A DNA stretch of 62,943 bases, the filler included, from Intoshia linei (Eukaryota > Animalia > Orthonectida): the NCBI GenBank assembly GCA_001642005.1. It is 4 parts of 4 records of this genome, joined end to end, with 100 filler letters (N's around TTAATTAATTAA, not from the genome) between each part and the next. Parts side by side here need not be neighbours in the genome. Positions count along the whole stretch, not along the records: positions 58,002 to 62,943 come from LWCA01002076.1; 3 more parts are not named here. One strand, given 5' to 3'. A model generated the notes under the pieces. The model was not told where the DNA came from and did no database searches. It saw nothing but the letters and a program-made list of their open reading frames with translations. Shown here in pieces: positions 60,430 to 62,943 of the stretch. Both the position numbers and the translations under genes were made by a program. Position 1 is the stretch's first letter, and the number at the start of each line of letters is the position of its first letter.

Positions 60430-62943
60430 AAGGTGTTTCAAAATTTGGAAAAGTTTGTTATTGGTTACAACTTTAGGTCACAAGTTGTGAAGTTTTGATC
60501 ATGAACACATAATCAAAAATTTTTTTTTTCACTACGAATGAAATGTCGCACGCAATTTTAATATCCTATATAAAACACACTTGATTTTCTTTGATTTTTT
60601 TATTTTCTTATATAAAATGAAATCAAACATTATATCGCAGTGTTAGAGTTATAAATTTATATTTGCATAAAGATAGTTTTGTATAAATCAAATGTAAAGT
60701 TTAAAACTACTATATTGCCTAAAATATAATTTTTATATTGAAATTTAATTATAAAATTTAGTTTGTCAATATTTGTTAAAGTATATTGACAGGTTTCGTA
60801 CGATAAAAATAAAAACATATGTGTTTTTCAGAACTTAAATTTCACTAATGAAACATTAATTAATAAAATTAGTCTCACTATTTGATTTGAAAATATTGCA
60901 AATAGAACATTAATCCATACAAACTGTTAAAATTTAACATTGATATCATCAAAATTAATTTTTATCAATTTATATGTATAAATTATACAATTCTTTACTC
61001 ATTGTCCATTTTGATTAACATACTTTTAATATCTTTCTTTTTAGAATCTGTGAGGTTATTTTTAATAGTAATTTGATAATTTTGTAAGGAATTATAAAGT
61101 TGAGATTTAGTAATTGAACCAGTAAATGTTCGTTATATCATAAAAATAATATGTTTTCAAGCTTAATTTTTTTGGTAAAATGTAAAAGATATGATTTACA
61201 ACATTTTTCATCAAAAAGTCAAATAAAACATTATAACTAACACTGCGATANTTGTATAAATCAAATGTAAAGTTTAAAACTACTATATTGCCTAAAATAT
61301 AATTTTTATATTGAAATTTAATTATAAAATTTAGTTTGTCAATATTTGTTAAAGTATATTGACAGGTTTCGTACGATAAAAATAAAAACATATGTGTTTT
61401 TCAGAACTTAAATTTCACTAATGAAACATTAATTAATGAAATTAGTCTCGCTATTTGATTTGAAAATATTGCAAATAGAACATTAGTCCATAGAAACTGT
61501 TAACATTTAACATTTTGATTAACATACTTTCAATATCTTTCTTTTTAGAATCCGTGAGGTTTTTTTTAATAGGAATTTGATAATTTTGTAAAGAATTATC
61601 AAGTTGAGATTTAGTAATTGAACCAGTAAATGTTCTTTATATCATAAAAATAATGTTTTCAAGCTTAATTTTTGTGGTATAATGTAAAAGATATGATTTA
61701 CAACATTTTTCATCAAAAAGTCAAATAAAACATTATAACTAACACTGCGATATATTAAATACACAAAATATGGTATTAAGTATAACTACTATTACCTGGA
61801 TCCATGGTATTTTAATAAAAAGTCATATTGATAATGTATATTAAAGTGGTATATATATTAAAGTATTTCATATTTTTACAAATTTTGTCATTGGCAACAA
61901 CTTTGGGTAACAAGTTATAAAGTTTATCATAGTAATACTTAAAAGTAGAAACAAAATTATTTTTAACCACTAATCAAGTTGCGCAGGGTCTTTTTAATTT
62001 ATTTATATACATTATATTATATATATATATTGTATAACACCCCNATAAAAAATTATATCGCAGTGTTAGAGTTATAATGTTATATTTGCATAAACATAGT
62101 TTTGTATAAATCAAATGTAAAGTTTAAAACTACTATATTGCCTAAAATATAATTTTTATATTGAAATTTAATTATAAAATTTAGTTTGTCAATATTTGTT
62201 AAAGTATATTGACCGGTTTCGTACGATAAAAATAAAAACATATGTGTTTTTCAGAACTTAAATTTCACTAATGAAACATTAATTAATAAAATTAGTCTCA
62301 CTATTTGATTTGAAAATATTGCAAATAGAACATTAATCCATACAAACTGTTAAAATTTAACATTGATATCATCAAAATTAATTTTTATCAATTTATATGT
62401 ATAAATTATACAATTCTTTACTCATTGTCCATTTTGATTAACATACTTTTAATATCTTTCTTTTTAGAATCTGTGAGGTTATTTTTAATAGTAATTTGAT
62501 AATTTTGTAAGGAATTATAAAGTTGAGATTTAGTAATTGAACCAGTAAATGTTCGTTATATCATAAAAATAATATGTTTTCAAGCTTAATTTTTTTGGTA
62601 AAATGTAAAAGATATGATTTACAACATTTTTCATCAAAAAGTCAAATAAAACATTATAACTAACACTGCGATATATTAAATACACAAAATATGGTACTAA
62701 GTATAACTGCTACTACCTGGATCCATAGTATTTTAATAAAATGTCATATTGATAATGTATATTAAAGTGGTATATATATTAAGGTATTTCATATTTTTAC
62801 AAATTTTGTCATTGGCAACAACTTTGGGTAACAAGTTGTAAAGTTTGTCACAGTAATACTCAAAACTAGAAACAAAATTATTTTTAATTACTAATCAAGT
62901 TGCGCAGGGTCTTTTTAATTTATTTATATACATTATATTATAT
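60430..62943. repeat. Tandem ~0.8-0.9 kb units, each containing a ~620-bp element with terminal inverted repeats
   Basis: 60633-61250 is near-identical to 62056-62673, and 61252-62035 is a diverged third copy. Ends are ATATCGCAGTGTTAG..TTATAA / TTATAACTAACACTGCGATAT. Single n joins at 61251 and 62044. Confidence 0.8.

Overview
Very AT-rich eukaryotic (metazoan) genomic DNA. Genes are split by many tiny (~30-55 nt) GT-AG introns plus a few kb-sized, transposon-filled introns. That architecture resembles a compact, fast-evolving invertebrate such as the orthonectid Intoshia, which is inference only. Three artificial 100-nt linkers (N44-TTAATTAATTAA-N44) divide the window into four contigs whose adjacency is unproven. 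Genes recognised by manual exon translation: the last exon of a TRIM71/lin-41-like NHL protein, Scribble (5' part), a vinculin tail (3' part), SUGT1, MCTS1, a short ORP1/ORP2-like oxysterol-binding protein, a neprilysin-like M13 peptidase, a lysine-rich orphan, androglobin (3' part), a small secreted peptide precursor, MINPP1 and tRNA-Asn(GTT). Introns and intergenic DNA hold a non-autonomous Helitron family, hAT MITEs with 8-bp TSDs, Tc1/mariner relics, piggyBac- and pogo-like MITEs and minisatellites. The best finding is a cluster of let-7-complementary sites ~320 nt downstream of the lin-41-like stop. Also notable are active-site substitutions (ORP PI4P pocket, MINPP1 HDT motif, androglobin distal Val), a ~105-bp Tc1 fold-back hairpin, and convergent genes whose stop codons are only 10 and 29 bp apart. 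All homology calls come from remembered family sequences, not database searches.
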